Shown one piece after another: positions 26,293-41,171 of a stretch of DNA of 64,000 bases (positions are counted from its first letter, which is position 1; each line of letters begins with the position of its first letter). This DNA comes from Podarcis melisellensis. Its lineage: Eukaryota. The notes beneath the pieces are model-generated. The model was not told where the DNA came from, did not search any database, and was given only the letters and a program-made list of their open reading frames with translations. The stretch lies in assembly GCA_964234715.1 (NCBI GenBank), contig OZ174285.1; one strand, given 5' to 3'. Position numbers and translations under genes: made by a program.

Positions 26293-28302
26293 GTAAGCTC
26301 CGCAGCACGGTGGAGGCCCAAGGCGGCAGCGTCTTTTCTCCTTTTGCAAAAAAATGTTGGGGCACAGCAAATTCAGCATCCCCAAAGGCGATTCCCCTGA
26401 CTCTGGAAACCCCTCTCTCTTGCCTGCGTCTCTTGGACTCCAGGGGAAGCTGGCAGGCTAGTGGGACAGAATGGGGGGAGATTCTAGGCAACAGAAGCAT
26501 GTCCTTCTTCACACATGCTTAAGCTATGGATTGCGCTCCTGCATGACGGCCACCAGCATGGACTGCTTTAAAGAAGGATGAAGCAGATTCGTGGAGGAGG
26601 AGGAGAGGGCTATTGATGGCTACGAGACTCCTTGGCTTTGCTCTGCCTCCCTGTTGGTGGCAGGGGTGCCTCTGAATGCCAGGTCCTGATTTGGCTTCAG
26701 GCGCCTTGTAAGCTTCACCAGAAAAGATTTGCAGGCTGCTGCCCAAAACAGTCCTCTGCTCTTGTGGGCACAGCCTGCTTCGATTTGTGCAGGGCGGCCC
26801 CCTCCCTAGGGGAAGAGAGGCACATCCATTTCCTTTGCTTATTTATTAGCTCCAAGGACGTTGTGCTTACTTTTAGTCAGGAATGAGCAAGTTCATGGAC
26901 TGCTGGCATCTCCTGCACTGCAGCCTCTGGGCTCCGATTAAAATCCTGGAAGAATCCTGGTTCTGTGATGATTAGGCGGTCATGTCCGCAAAGTTCCAAC
27001 AAGGAACCAAATGGAAAGGAAGATGGACTCCATCTTCCCAACATTGTCCTTTTCAGGCTGCCTTGGCTGAAGGGCCTTTTGCAGTGGTGTGACTGTTCAT
27101 TACTGAGTCCCAGAGCGGACAAGAGCTGTCCCTGAGCAGCCTGACAAGACAGAAAGCTCAAAGATGATTTGTGCCTGAAATTGAGCCAGCAGGGATGTCA
27201 TTAGGAAATTCATTTGCATGACAGCAGCGAAGAACAGAAAGCTGGCCAGTAATGAAAGTCTAGCAGGACACCAGTATGTGAACTGCTTAAGCCATTTCCT
27301 CGCCTTCTTTCTCTGCCCGGCCACCTGATGGTTTCATAGCCCCTCCAAAAGGGGGGGTTAATTGGGGTCACTTTAGGGAGTCCCATTTTGCTCTGGGAAG
27401 TGTGATTCAAACTCCACCTGAGTTGAAACAGGCAAGCTGGTTCGCCATCCGGCCCTCGCCGCCAACTGACTCATCCTCTGGGGCTGCCTGGCCTGTTTAA
27501 GGAAGCGCTTTGCTCCAGGCTGGCCTCACAACCTTCTCTGGTTTTGCCTGCCCAGCAGAGCTGCCCAGTCTGTGACCTGGTTCTGTCCCCATCGCGGTTT
27601 CCTGATCGCTTGTGGAGAACAGAAGAAGAGCCTGCTCCATGCAGAGGGATAGTTGGAGAGAAGCAGCACACTGATCTTGGTAGCTCAGACACAGAAGAGG
27701 AGCATTTTGGACCCTGCATGCCACCACTCAGGCATTGAGGGCCGCATCTCTATAGTCACTTCTATCCCACCTTTGCATAGAGAGCTCATGGGTGACATGC
27801 CCTGATTTGATCCCCTGCCCATTTTATCTTCACAACACCCCTGTGAAGTAGAAAGGGTGTTGAGGTCACCCAGAGAGGATTTGAACTCTTCGCACAAGTT
27901 CTTGGCAATAGCCCTCACCCTGAGCTTTAGCTTTCCGCAGAAGGGGTTGATTAACCAGAAAAGATTTGGGTGGGACAGCAGAGGTTGTCAGGATGCAGTG
28001 CAGGGGGAGAGAGCAGCCTTCAGGCCAGGGGGAAGGCGAGGGTGGGGGACGAAACCCCACAAGTTTCCCCAAGCTACGAAGGCAGGTGGACTCGGGCCAT
28101 TGGGCAGCTGCTCTTCCCTTTCTGAGTTCTTTAAGAGTACCCCATGTATGTCAATGATAAAGGGAACCTGACTATGAGGGTGCTCTGTATCACTCCGACC
28201 TTCTGCTGGGTCCACACCTGAAGCAGTGCTGTGTCCGTGTCTGTGGCGGCGGCAGCAGCAGCCCCTGTGTTGATGTGCTGGTCTACTCCTTTTCTGCTCC
28301 AG

Positions 28303-28466
28303 AACCTCTTCCACCACCTGACAGATGTGCAAGGAAACGGGGTGGTGAAGATTCCTGATGCCAAAGGGGACGACGCCTGGAAGGTTTACTTTGACGAGAC
28401 AGGCCAGGAGATTGTGGACGAGTTTGCCATGCGCTACGGGATTGAGTCCATCTACCAGGCCATGAC
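28303..28466 (+). CDS. UNC13B: MUN exon NLFHHLTD...IYQAM
   Basis: CTCCAG / GAC|GTGAGT; phase 0 to 2. Confidence 0.96.
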
Positions 28467-30071
28467 GTGAGTTCCTGCCCGATGCCGAGCATCCCTTTCA
28501 TCCCGGGTGCCACTGAAAGGTCCATTGCGGAAAGGTTTCCTGGTTAGGAAGGGGCGGGCTTGGGTTTGATGCGGACTTTTGAGAACCATCGTCCTTTAAA
28601 AACCTGCCTTCCGCAAACTCTTCTGCAGAATGTGATCCTGGCCTTTGTCGGCCTTCAGACTCCTCCTTGCATACTTCCATTTAAAATGCCAGTTTTGCCA
28701 ACTGCAGGGTATCTTCTTCTGCTGCCATGTGTCTTAATGCTGCTCCCTTATTCTGGGATGCCAGAGACAGGGCCGGGTGGGGCTGTAGGGGCCTGGGGCT
28801 CCAGCAGACTGCGTCTGGTGCTCCCCTTGGGGAAACTGGATCCAGGGCCCCCAGGGAGGCTCAGGGAGCTTGTAGGTTCCTCTGGGCTCATCCTGCCATC
28901 CTCAGGAAGGAAGTGGCCTCATTTGCATTTTCTCATTTAATTGCTCTCATTAAAGTGCAGAAAAGAAACCCTCCCGCAGGGAAACTTAAAACTCATTCCC
29001 CCAGCACTAGGGCTTGTGGGATGATTAAAGTAAACAATCAAAGAAAAACTGCTATAAATAAGGGAAAACAGTGCTTGAAAGGGGATTATGTCACGAGACA
29101 TGACAGGAGAGAAGCACTCTCTAATTAATAGAGTTGGCAAGAAAGAGAGAGGCTGAGCAAGTCTTGCTGGGAAGTTGCTGGAGGGGCAGGGCGGAGCTGA
29201 GCAGAGAGGCTCTTGCTCCAGATTCCTGAGCGGGAGCTGAAGCAACAGGAGGCTCTGCTCTGCATCCCAGCTCCTGGGAGTCTCAGGTGGGGAGAGCCCT
29301 CCTCCTCCTCCTCCTGCTGCTGCTGCATTTGCTTCCCAGGAGAGGCAGCGAAGGATGTCTTGGCGTTGGGGATGTCCTTGCGCTCAGAGCGCTGGGCAGA
29401 GGCAGGGAGGCTTAGGTTCCTGGGCACTGGATGAGTTTATTCCCAGCTGGTTCCTAATTCTGGCGCATCTTTTAAGGTGGCCTGTAAAACCAGCAGGCTA
29501 GTTCGCCGTGCTCCCTGTTGTGGCCTCGTTGATGCTGGGGGTCAGGCAGAGATGACTTTGAACCTTTCCTGGCAGCATCTGGACCCCCTGGCACCAGCCC
29601 ACTTGCAGCCGGGATTCTCTATGGTGTGAAGCTCTTTGCTGTGTCATTCTGTTTGGGATGGATCATGGGATGGGTCTTGCTCATCTTCAGTGCCTTTTAT
29701 GGGTTATGAGTGGGATTCCCCCCCCACACACACACCTGAGCCTCTCTGCTGGATCCTGAGGCCCCTCTCCACCCCCACTTCCCCCACAGCGTGGTGCCTC
29801 ATCCAGTCTCTTGAGTCACTTGGAGCCATTTGCTCTGGGGGAAGCATGGGGGCGGGGAGGAGGAGGAGAGTTTTGCTCCTGACTTGCACCCTGTGGCCTG
29901 GTTTTTGCAGGGAGGGGTGTGTGTGTTGGAGTGGATGAGCTTCCGCTTCCCACCCCCAGCATCTCAGTCACCCTGTGATTTCTGGCACAACAGAGGTTGG
30001 GTTGATGCTTGGTAGGAGAAGGGGGAGTCTTTTTTGAAGATAAAAGGCACCTTACGCATGTCCTTCCTTGA

Positions 30072-30452
<381 letters not shown>

Positions 30453-31898
30453 TAGAAATTGGGGTTTGGCTTTTGCTGCCCAACTCCCCTGGGGACTGAG
30501 TCCCCTAAGTCCATGGTCAGTCAGAGAAGAATGTATGGAGGCAGGATCCAGTGGGAAGCAAGGCAGATCTTTATTTTTCTATTGCAACAGAGTTCTCTCC
30601 GCTCCTTCCAAGGAGGGAGAGACCCTGAACAAAAGTGTGCAGGAACCTTTAAAGACTTTTGGCATTGCCCAACCGCCTTAGCCAAAGAACACCACCAAAT
30701 CATCATACATACATCACAGAAGGAGGCAGTTTACAGCAGAAATCCTGTCTGCCAGGATGCCTGATAATGGCCGCTGGTTGCATTACCTGGGCAGTCTCGC
30801 CATTCTTTTGTGAAGGTTAATACTTTAGGATTTGTAGGTGAAAAGACAATGGGAAGGCTTTCCCCATTTGCCTCTCTTACTGCAGAGGAATAGTTGAGGT
30901 CACTGGAAGAGTCAAAATGGCTTCAGGATTGCTCTCCTGTACTGTACTATTTCAGACACATGGCTAATATATTTAGATATCTGTGCATTTATGAATATTT
31001 ATGCTATATTTGAGACCTTAGAATTCTTATAACAATGCCAGGGGCCTGCTCTGCCTGAACTGAATCAATCGGTGTTTGCATGCAGTTCTTTGGATTTTTG
31101 ATGTTGCATGCCTGATAATGTAACAATCTTGAAATTGTTTTTGTTGCCGCTCTGTGGTTTTAAAGCAGAGAACGAAACCAAGTAGTGATGTCCCAGTCCT
31201 TAAACGTAGGCAGTGAAAATGCCTTTTAATCCTTTCAAATCTCCAAGGCCTCAAGAGTTCCAAAATAACACTGATTGGATGTTTTCCCTTACTGTAAAGT
31301 AAGTGGGGCTGCTCTAAATCTTCATGGGATTCTTTTTCCCCACAGAGGGGTGATTCCTAAGGGGTCCTATTTATTTCCTGACAGAGCCGCCCTCCTCAGG
31401 GCAGATTCCTCTGCCACCAGGTTACTCCTCAGGCCTGGGGGCCCAATGTGGCCCTTTGGGCATCTCTTTCACACTCTGGACGGGCCACGCCCCTCTCCCC
31501 CAGGCCACGCCCCTTCAAGGGCCCTGCTTCACGCCCTTCTCGGGTGCCTTTGCCCGGCTGGAATATGCCCTTGAAGTGACGGTGCCTCTCGCTGGCCTGA
31601 ATGGAAGGTGGAGCAAAGTGTGTGCAGAAAAAGGATCTGAGCCTTTTGCAGCCTGCTGTCCGAACATGGTCTGCTCACTTTTGCCACTGCCAGGGCGACC
31701 CTGGGAGGTTGCAGCCCTCGGACAGAAAACAATTCTGCACCCACTGCTTCAATGGATGCAAACCTTTTCACTCTGTTTGTGTGTCCCAACAGACTGAGTG
31801 GCCCATTTTTTTGGGTGGGGAGAGAAATATACCCCAGAAGGGGAGCTCCCCTTTAGGCCTGGAAATAGGTAAGGACCAGTTTTTGGCCGCCCCTCTAA

Positions 31899-32021
<123 letters not shown>

Positions 32022-33780
32022 TAGTTCTTGGCACTCGTGAACCCCCCTCCTGAGCCTTCAAGTGCCTCGCCTTCATTATGTCTGTAATCCTCACTGCTGT
32101 GCTGTAAAGTAGGCCAGCCTGATTATCCCCATGTTGGCCTGGGAGGGTGAGAGAGGCTTGTCTCGGGTTTTTGGCTGAGGCAGGGGGCTTCCTGGCTCCC
32201 ACTGAGTGGAGTCCTGCTAGTCCTTTCTGCTTTTTTAAAAATAAACCTAGGGTAAGAAATGTCTGAGCAGACAAAGGCTGGGTGGGTGGGGAGTTGTCCT
32301 TCTGCTTTCCAACTCAGAAATCCTCCTGTGGGAGGAGGACACTTCAGAATTTAAAAATGGAGTGTAATAGTGACCTTTTGCAGAGTTGTCGTGCTCCCAT
32401 CTAAATTAGCAAAGATTGGGAACAGGCTTTGCGGCTCTCGCCTGCTTGAACATGCCCTCTCCAAAAGACTTGGGGTGGGGAGGGGAGCCGCGCTCTTGCC
32501 TGCAGCTTCTGCACTGTGAACCATGCTCAATGCGTCTGCCCAGACAAATCCAGCATCACTGCACCCCTGCCAGGAAAGCCCAGCCTGTAACACTCAGGAT
32601 TCAGTTCGGATGGCTCTTAGTTAGGATCCCTTGACGGAAGTTTCCACTGGGCTCAGCTGAATGGCATCAACTAAAGCAAGCCTCTTTACCAATTATTTTC
32701 TCTTTACCCCCTTAAAGGTGACCTTAGGAGGACTGTGATACCCAGATTGGGTTTTTATCGTGTTTTGGATAGCCTCTATTCCCATTATTATTGCTATAGC
32801 AATGCAGAGCATGGCAGGGAGTTTCTCCTCCTTGCGATCAAGTAGAGAGAGCTCCTCTGCCTTGGTATACAGCCAGTTCGGCACGTGGTGACAAGGTTGA
32901 GAGTTTCAGTTTCATTTTTGCAGTTTGGGGTTCTGCGTAGCAATAAACAAAAAGGAATGTGCACCACATTGGCTAGAAACAGCGCGAGGAAATGGCCTTT
33001 GGGAATGGTGTAATTATACATTGTAGAATAATACCGCTCGTTATGGTGGGGGGAATAGCTAATCCTTGGATGAGATGCCGGTTCATTCTGCTGCCAAAAA
33101 TAGTAGCCTAGTGTGAGCTGCAGTGAAATGTAATTAGATCTAATTTGTAATGATAAGACTCTCTTGCATAAATGGGCTCCTAATTGATTGTCCCCAAAGT
33201 GCAGCTGACGTTCTGTCTTGGGGAGCGAAGCCCTTCCACATTAATTAAAGGTGTCTTCTGCCCTGGAAACGTCAACAAGGAGGGAGGGCGGCTCCGGCTC
33301 AGAAGCCAGCAGGCCAGAAGCACCCAGAGAGGTTTCTTTCTTGTTGCCTTGGCTCTTGCTCACAGCCAACTTTTAAAAGGAAGCATCCGATCTGTTTCCT
33401 TGACGTTTATCATTCTGAGGATGCCTTAACACAGAGTGAACCAAGCGTGTGGCCGTTGGGTGAATTGGTATCATTGTTGTGACCAGGGAAATCCTGCACT
33501 GAGGGGGAAGTCTCCCTTCCTTGTGCCCCTCCCTGCCGCCCCTCATCCCAGTCTTGTTAAGCTATAAGCAGTTTTTCCTGTCGGGTTAGACTCATGCAGG
33601 GATGTGGTCTTCTAAGCGATGTGAAGCTCCCATCAGCACCAGCCACCAAAACCAGTAGTCAGCAGTGATGGGAAGTCCCCAAAACACCTGGAGGGTCACA
33701 GGTTCTCCTCCTTTGGAAGAGCCTCCCGTGCCACTGCCTGTTTGGGCCACTGAGCTGGGTATTTGTCCCTGGGTGTTTGA

Positions 33781-34336
<556 letters not shown>

Positions 34337-35120
34337 TTCAGCCTCCTAGTCCAAGGAGAGGTCAGCCTTTGCCTCCAAATGCAAGATCTCTCCTCCATCC
34401 TTCCAGCAAGTGGAGATTCTGCTGCAGGTCCCAACTGAGTTGTTATCGCATCTCGCTCACTGATGTGGCTATGAACTTTCCCGTGTGCTTATCTGACAGC
34501 CTTATTCATTTGCCAATTAATTAAATGCTGCTTATTTGTAAATATCCCTGGAAACAAAGTTAAGTACTGGAACAAAACAATTCATTTTACAGGAACAAGA
34601 AGCCCATTATTCACAGTGAAGGCTGCTGATTGGTAATGAAATCTGCCTTTGTGCTTTTCCAGCTAACGGGGAAGCCAAGTGATGATTTCTGACACCCGTA
34701 AAGCTATTACCGCTTCGATGTGAGTGCTGGTGCAGGAAGCGGCAGGCACACCTGTTTATTTTATCTGAACAAACAGGCTTATTCTGCTCCTGGAACATCA
34801 ATACCTGTGCTGTCAAGTTCTTTTTCAGGCCAGGTGTCTGAGTTTGTTTTGACTGCTGCAGAAATTCAGAATAAATGTTCTGCAATGGTGTTTTCCTCTG
34901 TTTGCAAATGTTCTGAGAAGCCGCATCTAAGGTTTTCCCTCTTCCAAAAACTCTGGTTTTTAAAGTCGCAGGGGTCCCATGCCTTCTCCAGAGCAGCAGG
35001 TTTCTAACACCCTTTGTAGGCAACAAAGCCTCGGCGATCTGACTGCCAGCCTCAGAGGCGGCGCGACTTGTGGCACTTGCGGCTTCTCTCTGCCTCCCAC
35101 CCTCTTGCCTTCCTTTCCAG

Positions 35121-35255
35121 GTCCAGGAATTGCAGAGCCCTCCTCGCGCCAGTCAGGTGGTGAAGGATTGTGTCAAAGCCTGCCTCAACTCAACGTACGA
35201 GTATATCTTCAACAACTGCCAGGATTTGTACAGCCGCGAATACCAGACAGACCCT
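35121..35255 (+). CDS. UNC13B: MUN exon [11 protein letters not shown]...YSREYQTDP
   Basis: TTCCAG / CCT|GTGAGT; 135 nt. Confidence 0.95.
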
Positions 35256-35359
35256 GTGAGTCGAGGGTGACAATAGCATTTGTATTCCACTTCATCTGGA
35301 AAGCCCTCCCAGAGTGGCTTAGTAAGGGGTCAGAGTGTCTCTGCCCTTAGGCCCATGTT

Positions 35360-35610
35360 CCAGGCTCAGTCCACGCTTTAAAGTTCAGCGCCAGAGCATC
35401 CCCTGCCAGCGCTTTTGCCCGTCTTTTACCACTGAATCAGAGCAAATGGCAACCCACAGAAAAACCAGTTATCGTTGCTCTGATTTAGCGGTGAAACGCG
35501 GGTTTTTCCCTAGAAGGTGCTGGGGGGGGGGGCACACACTTGGAGAAAGAGCTTTATAGCCCCGGCCTGTGCCTAGAAATGCAGCCCGAAAAGCAGACTG
35601 GATGAAGCTT
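35360..35610. mobile_element. palindromic Harbinger-like MITE
   Basis: Shares gtccacgctttaaa and ctgaatcagagcaaa with the 3901 copy. Confidence 0.55.
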
Positions 35611-35834
35611 AAGAAACACGACCCAGAGGGTGGGAGGGAGAAGGAAGCCCAGATCTCAGTCGCAGAATTCTGAAAATGAAAAATTTGGAGAGCAGCGGCA
35701 CCATCTCCAGGGAGCCCTGTGGGCCCAGGCACCCACAATTTTTTGGCTATGGGTGCCTGGCTTCCCTCGTGTTCTGGCAGAAGGCGCAGGCCCTGGCCCA
35801 GTTGCCCATCTGGTGCCTTTTGCTTTTCCTCTAG

Positions 35835-35968
35835 AACAAAGCTCAGGACATGCCTCCCGAGGAGCAAGGCCCCAGCATCAAGAACCTGGACTTCTGGCCC
35901 AAGCTCATCACCCTCATTGTCTCCATTGTCGAAGAGGACAAGAACTCCTATGCCCCCGTCCTCAACCA
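35835..35968 (+). CDS. UNC13B: MUN exon [24 protein letters not shown]...PVLN
   Basis: CTCTAG / CCA|GTAAGC; phase 0 to 2. Confidence 0.95.
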
Positions 35969-36321
35969 GTAAGCAGACTCTGTGAGCCAGCCGGATTCGC
36001 TTTGCCTGCCTGTCTTTTTTGCCTTTCTGACCTTCCTGTCTCTTTGGGGTGACACTGTTTCGATGGTGTTCCCACTCAGACCCCTGCAGCGTTAGAGCTC
36101 AGATACTCTCCTGACAAGTGGGGTGAGAGCAGCTCCTCTTTGGGCTGGCCTTCCAGGTGCCTTTCTCTCCTCCCCTCAAGAGCTCTTTGTTAGGTCTAAG
36201 CGGGGCTGGGGGAGGGGCTTCATGCGTAGGGCAAGTGAATAACGCAACAAGGTTGTCAAGGGAGCAAGAAGGGCAGGATGTAGCCCAGGGGACTCTCACT
36301 CAACCCAGGAATTTGTGGTAA

Positions 36322-36606
<285 letters not shown>

Positions 36607-39548
36607 TGATGAGCACATTTGCCAGGGGCCGGCAGTGGGCTGGAGCGGCTGCTTTCAGTGCCTTTTGATTTCCAGGAGGCTCCTGTTGAGGCTCCCAACC
36701 AGCCATAAATGACATGGGAGCTTTCCCTGCCCTGCTCCAGCGAGGCTCCCATGGGTCACGCCTTCCAGCTTCTTGCTCGGCAACTGGCCAGTCACGTTCC
36801 GCTTGGGTCGAAGCCTTGCAAAGGCCGGCTGTCCTCTAATCAAATTACTTCTCCGTGATGCTGCAGCCGGAATCCCTGAGCTCTGTGCCGTGTTCTGTGA
36901 GGAGCTGCCAAAAGCTCCCGGGGGAGTTTCTCAGGCCATCCAAGGAAGCCTTGCCAGCGCTGCTCTGCCAGCTCAGCACCGCTGTCGATTCTTGGAATGG
37001 CGCTTGGCATCCTTCGCCCCATCAGAAGACTGAGGACTGGCCCTCCTCCTGCACCAGGCGAGAAGCTGCCAAGCCCTAAGAGCAGCCGCTGGCTCTGTCC
37101 TCTCTGGGCACAATCACCTTCCCATTCTCTCTCCCCCTGGACAGAGGGCGGCATCTCTCTGCCCTTAGCCCCTGAATTTGTGCAGCTAGAGGAGAGGAAG
37201 TCCCTGCCCCCCTTGGTTCGCGCTGTGGGCTAGTACCTGAGTGGAGCAGGGCAAAGAGCTCCCTCAGTTCATGGGATGTTTCCGAGGACCTTCATCTTGG
37301 GTCTCTGCTTCTCCTGCTCTTTGGCATTCTGGGATGTGGGGCAGGGGAGAGGGCTGCTTGCCCCCACCTCTGCCCCAGACCTGTTGCTGGTGTCTACTTT
37401 TTCTTTGCCCCTTATCACTGAAAGGTTTGCTCTACACTTTTGTATATATGGCATGCTTTTTTTTTTAATGTACGCTTTTTTAAATTGAAGCAGTGCTTGT
37501 GGTGGGGCTGGGGGGGGGGTCGCGATGGTCGGAGAGGCCTGTTGGTTGCTGCTCTCTGCACAGCCATCTGGGGAGACAGGAAGGGAGATCAGCCACATCC
37601 TGCACAGCCGGCTTGGGCTGGAAACAGAGCCAGCCTCTCCTGAGCTCCAGTCCCTGGAGGGGGCTTGCAGAGCTGGCCAGACAGGGCTGACCACTGATCC
37701 ACTGCAAACTCCCCACTCCAAACTCTGTTTGCCCCCTAAATGAGCCACTAGTCTCTGGGGAGCATTTAGGGGTGGCATTCCTACTCTGGTTGTTACCTTA
37801 AATGATCAGAGCATTAGAAAATTCCGGGCACCTGAGGTTAGTTTGCTGAAGGTGAGGGATCAAACCAGCAGGAAGAATACACAAGTCTGAATACATGGCA
37901 TGGATCCTGGCATTAGCTACTCCTCCCCACCCTGTGATATCTTGGCAACATGCATACTCATTTGAGTAATAATTATCCCAGGCCTCCAGCTCCTGTTTAT
38001 GCAAAACACAATGGGGGGGGGAGGAGAGGGGGAAAGGGGCCAGGCGGTTAACTGCACTGAGCCATGATGAAGCCTCCTTCTGCGGGTTTGGTTTTTCAAC
38101 CTTTAAAGCCGTTGCTGCCTTTGCTTCCTTTTCAATGCTCTGGGTTTGAGCATGATGCATTTTGATCATGGCTAATAGGCACAGGGGATGTGATCTGTGT
38201 TTCAAGATGCCGCTTCAGGTAATTAGCATCCAATTGGTTCTGACACCTCGAAGAGCAGGAGTGAGACACACACACACACACACACACACTCCTGAGATTT
38301 TGTCCTCCCTCTGCTGCAGTTCTGCTGCAAAGTGGAGCTCTTCCTTAGGAGCGCAAATGTGACTCTTCCATCTCCTGTATTTTGGTGAGCTAAGCCTCTT
38401 CCCTCTGGGCTCCTAATAATGTCTGGCCTGTGTGTGCTTTTTGTCTCACCCCCTTGCTCATCTCTTAAGTTCTGGATAGAATGAGCACCCTCAAGGCATC
38501 ACGTGGTAAGAGCCTTCCCTTTGGTGACCCTTCTGAATGTTTCTGCTAAAGACCTTTCCTCTCCATAGTGAGAATAATAGCACATAGCCTCCCACCCCCA
38601 CCCCCATGGTGTGGTCTTCCACATTAACAGATGTAGAACATGAAGGGAGAGATCCAGAGGGTGGCAGCTTAAGAACGGGGCCTTTTCTGCGATGGCTCCC
38701 TATTTACGGGGTGCTCTCTCCAGGGAGGCTCACCTGGTACCTATCTTTAGATGCCAGGCAAAAACACCCCTCTTCTTCCAGGCCTTTGGCTAATGAAACA
38801 ATCTGTAGCCTTTTAAACTGGGGGAGGGGGGTGTATGCTTTCGGTTGTCTTGTGCTTCTATATTGCAAACAGCCCTGTGATCCTTGGACGAAGGGCAGCG
38901 TAGAAATTTAAATAATAATCATAAAGACGTGAAGTGTCCTTCTGAGCAGCTCTCTCTAGAGGAGCGATTCCTGGTGAGGATGGGAGCCAGCCAGACGCCT
39001 CTCGCTTTGCTCTGCTTCTGACATGGATAGACAGAAGGATCTGCAGCCAACTGGCAGCTTTTTGGAGTTGGGAGTCAGGGAGGGCTGTGTGAACATTGGT
39101 GGTTGGTTCACTCCTACCTTTTCTCTGTCCAAAGCCCCACCTATATTTCGCATCCGCATGGTCCTCTTCCAGGGTGGTAAGAGCCTTTTTTCTTTCTCCC
39201 TGACTTTATTCTAGTTTAGCAGATTCCCATCCCCCTCCCAGGCTGTGCGTAGATCGCAAACCCCAAAGTGATGCTTAGTTTGCAGAGCAGACACGTCTGC
39301 CTGAGCCCCTTTCCATGGCAGGCCAGTGGCGGCAGGAAGCAGCTTGTGTGTGTCGCTCCCCCTTGCAGAAAACCTCACCTGCTGCTGCTCCTCTGCTCTG
39401 AGTGCGCTTTCCCTCCCAGCTTCTTTTCAGGTGCCAGGTACTGTAGGGCCTTCTCCTGGCCCGCCCTCCTTCTAGAGAGCCTCACTAGGAGAGCTCCACT
39501 GCTTGGCAGTGTCCATGCGAAGGTATCCTGGTTTTATGTTTTTATTTC

Positions 39549-39956
39549 CAAGCACAATTCAAAGTGTTGGTGCTGACCTTTAAAGCCCTAAACGGCTTCA
39601 GTTCAGTATACCTGAAGGAGCGTCTCCACCCCCATTGTTCTACCCGGACACTGAGGTCCAGCTCCGAGGGCCTTCTGGCGGTTCCCTCCCTGCGAGAAGC
39701 CAGGTTACAGGGAACCAGGCAGAGGGCCTTCGCGGTGGTGGCGCCCGCCCTGTGGAATGCCCTCCCACCAGATGTCAGAGAGAACAACAACTACCAGACT
39801 TTTAGAAGACGTCTTTAGAAGGCAGCCCGGTTTAGGGAAGCTTTTAATGTTTAATAGACTATTGTATTTTAATATTCTGTTGAAAGCTGCCCAGAGTGGC
39901 TAGGGAAACCCAGCCAGATGGGCAGGGTATAAATAATAATCATAATCATAATCATC
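39549..39956 (+). mobile_element. L2-clade LINE 3' fragment
   Basis: Encodes FKVLVLTFKALNG...AFAVVAPALWNALP; same tail as the 8819 and 63017 copies. Confidence 0.9.
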
Positions 39957-40090
39957 AGATGTCCCTGGGAGGAAAAGCCTGTCGGCCATCGCAGCCCTTC
40001 CTCTCTGTAGGGTCAAGTGTGAAAATCTTGGCTGTTTGCCAATGTATTGGCTTTTAGACGTCGCTGTCCAAAACTTCAGCACTGCGGTCT

Positions 40091-40270
40091 TAGAATCATA
40101 GAATCGTAGAGTTGAAAGATGCCCCAAGGCTCATGTAGTCCAACCCCCTGCTAGGTCATAGATGAGAGATGGCCATCTAGGCTCTTTGAAGGAGAGTCCC
40201 CAACTCTCATGGGAGTCTCTCCACTGTTGGATGGCTCTGACGGCCAGAAGGTTTTCCCTGATGTTTAGCA
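40091..40270 (-). mobile_element. CR1 3' end
   Basis: agaatcatagaatcgtag terminus followed by degenerate CR1 3' sequence. Confidence 0.75.
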
Positions 40271-41005
40271 GGGACCTCTTAAGTTCAGGGTATCATCTGA
40301 AAGCCCAGAAATCTTGAGAAGGAGGTCCGGCTCCTTCTTGAAGGAGGAGACACAGGATACAAATATACACGGCGCCTTCATGTTATGCCATTGGCTCTGT
40401 TTTCCCTGGATATTATCAAGTGGGGATCAGTGGCATTTACCAGCAATTTTTAAGAATTTAGGCAGTCCAAGGTTAGAAAAGTTTCTGCCAGGATAGTTGG
40501 CATTTTTTGCGTTGAGACAAGTGTCATGGAAACATTCTGGAAGCGAAGGTGCCAAAAGCTGAAGGCTCTGCGTTGGCTTTGAAGTCTCGTCTCTCCTGGC
40601 CCTTCTCTCTCTGCGTCCTGAAGTCTTAAGATGGGCTGGGAGAGCCAGACAGCAAGAGGCCTGAGCCCAGGAAAAACCTACAGGAAGCCTCGAAGGGCAT
40701 CACGCACGCAGAGGAGATGAAAAGCCTGAGTGTTTCCTGTTCTCTACAGAGGTCTTGTGGTCCTGAGCAGTAAGGGTGAAAACGATGTCCTGAGCCTAAG
40801 GTGTGGGGAGGAATGCAAAGGTCTTCTTCAGCTGCTGGGAATTCCCTCAAGGGGTCTTGGGAATGCCCTCCATGCTGTGGGGTGCTCCTTCTGATGTGTG
40901 GCACTGGTTGGTGTTGGTAGAACAGGAAAAGGTGGGCAGGGGATTTATTCCAATTACCAAAACCTGAATAATTTAAAATGAAACTGAGGCTAGTGATGGA
41001 ATTTA

Positions 41006-41171
41006 CCCTATTTTTCTGTCTATAAGACACCCCCATGTATAAGATTCCCCCTATTTTGGGGAACTCCGACTTAAGAAAATGGAGGGAGAGCTATAGGTGT
41101 ATAAGATGCCCCCAAATTTTGGAAATTATTTTTTAGGGGGGAAACCTAGTCTTATACACGGAAAAATATGG
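41006..41171. mobile_element. Tc1/mariner MITE
   Basis: TA flanks; TIRs CCCTATTTTTCTGTCTATAAGAC / CCATATTTTTCCGTGTATAAGAC. Confidence 0.85.
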
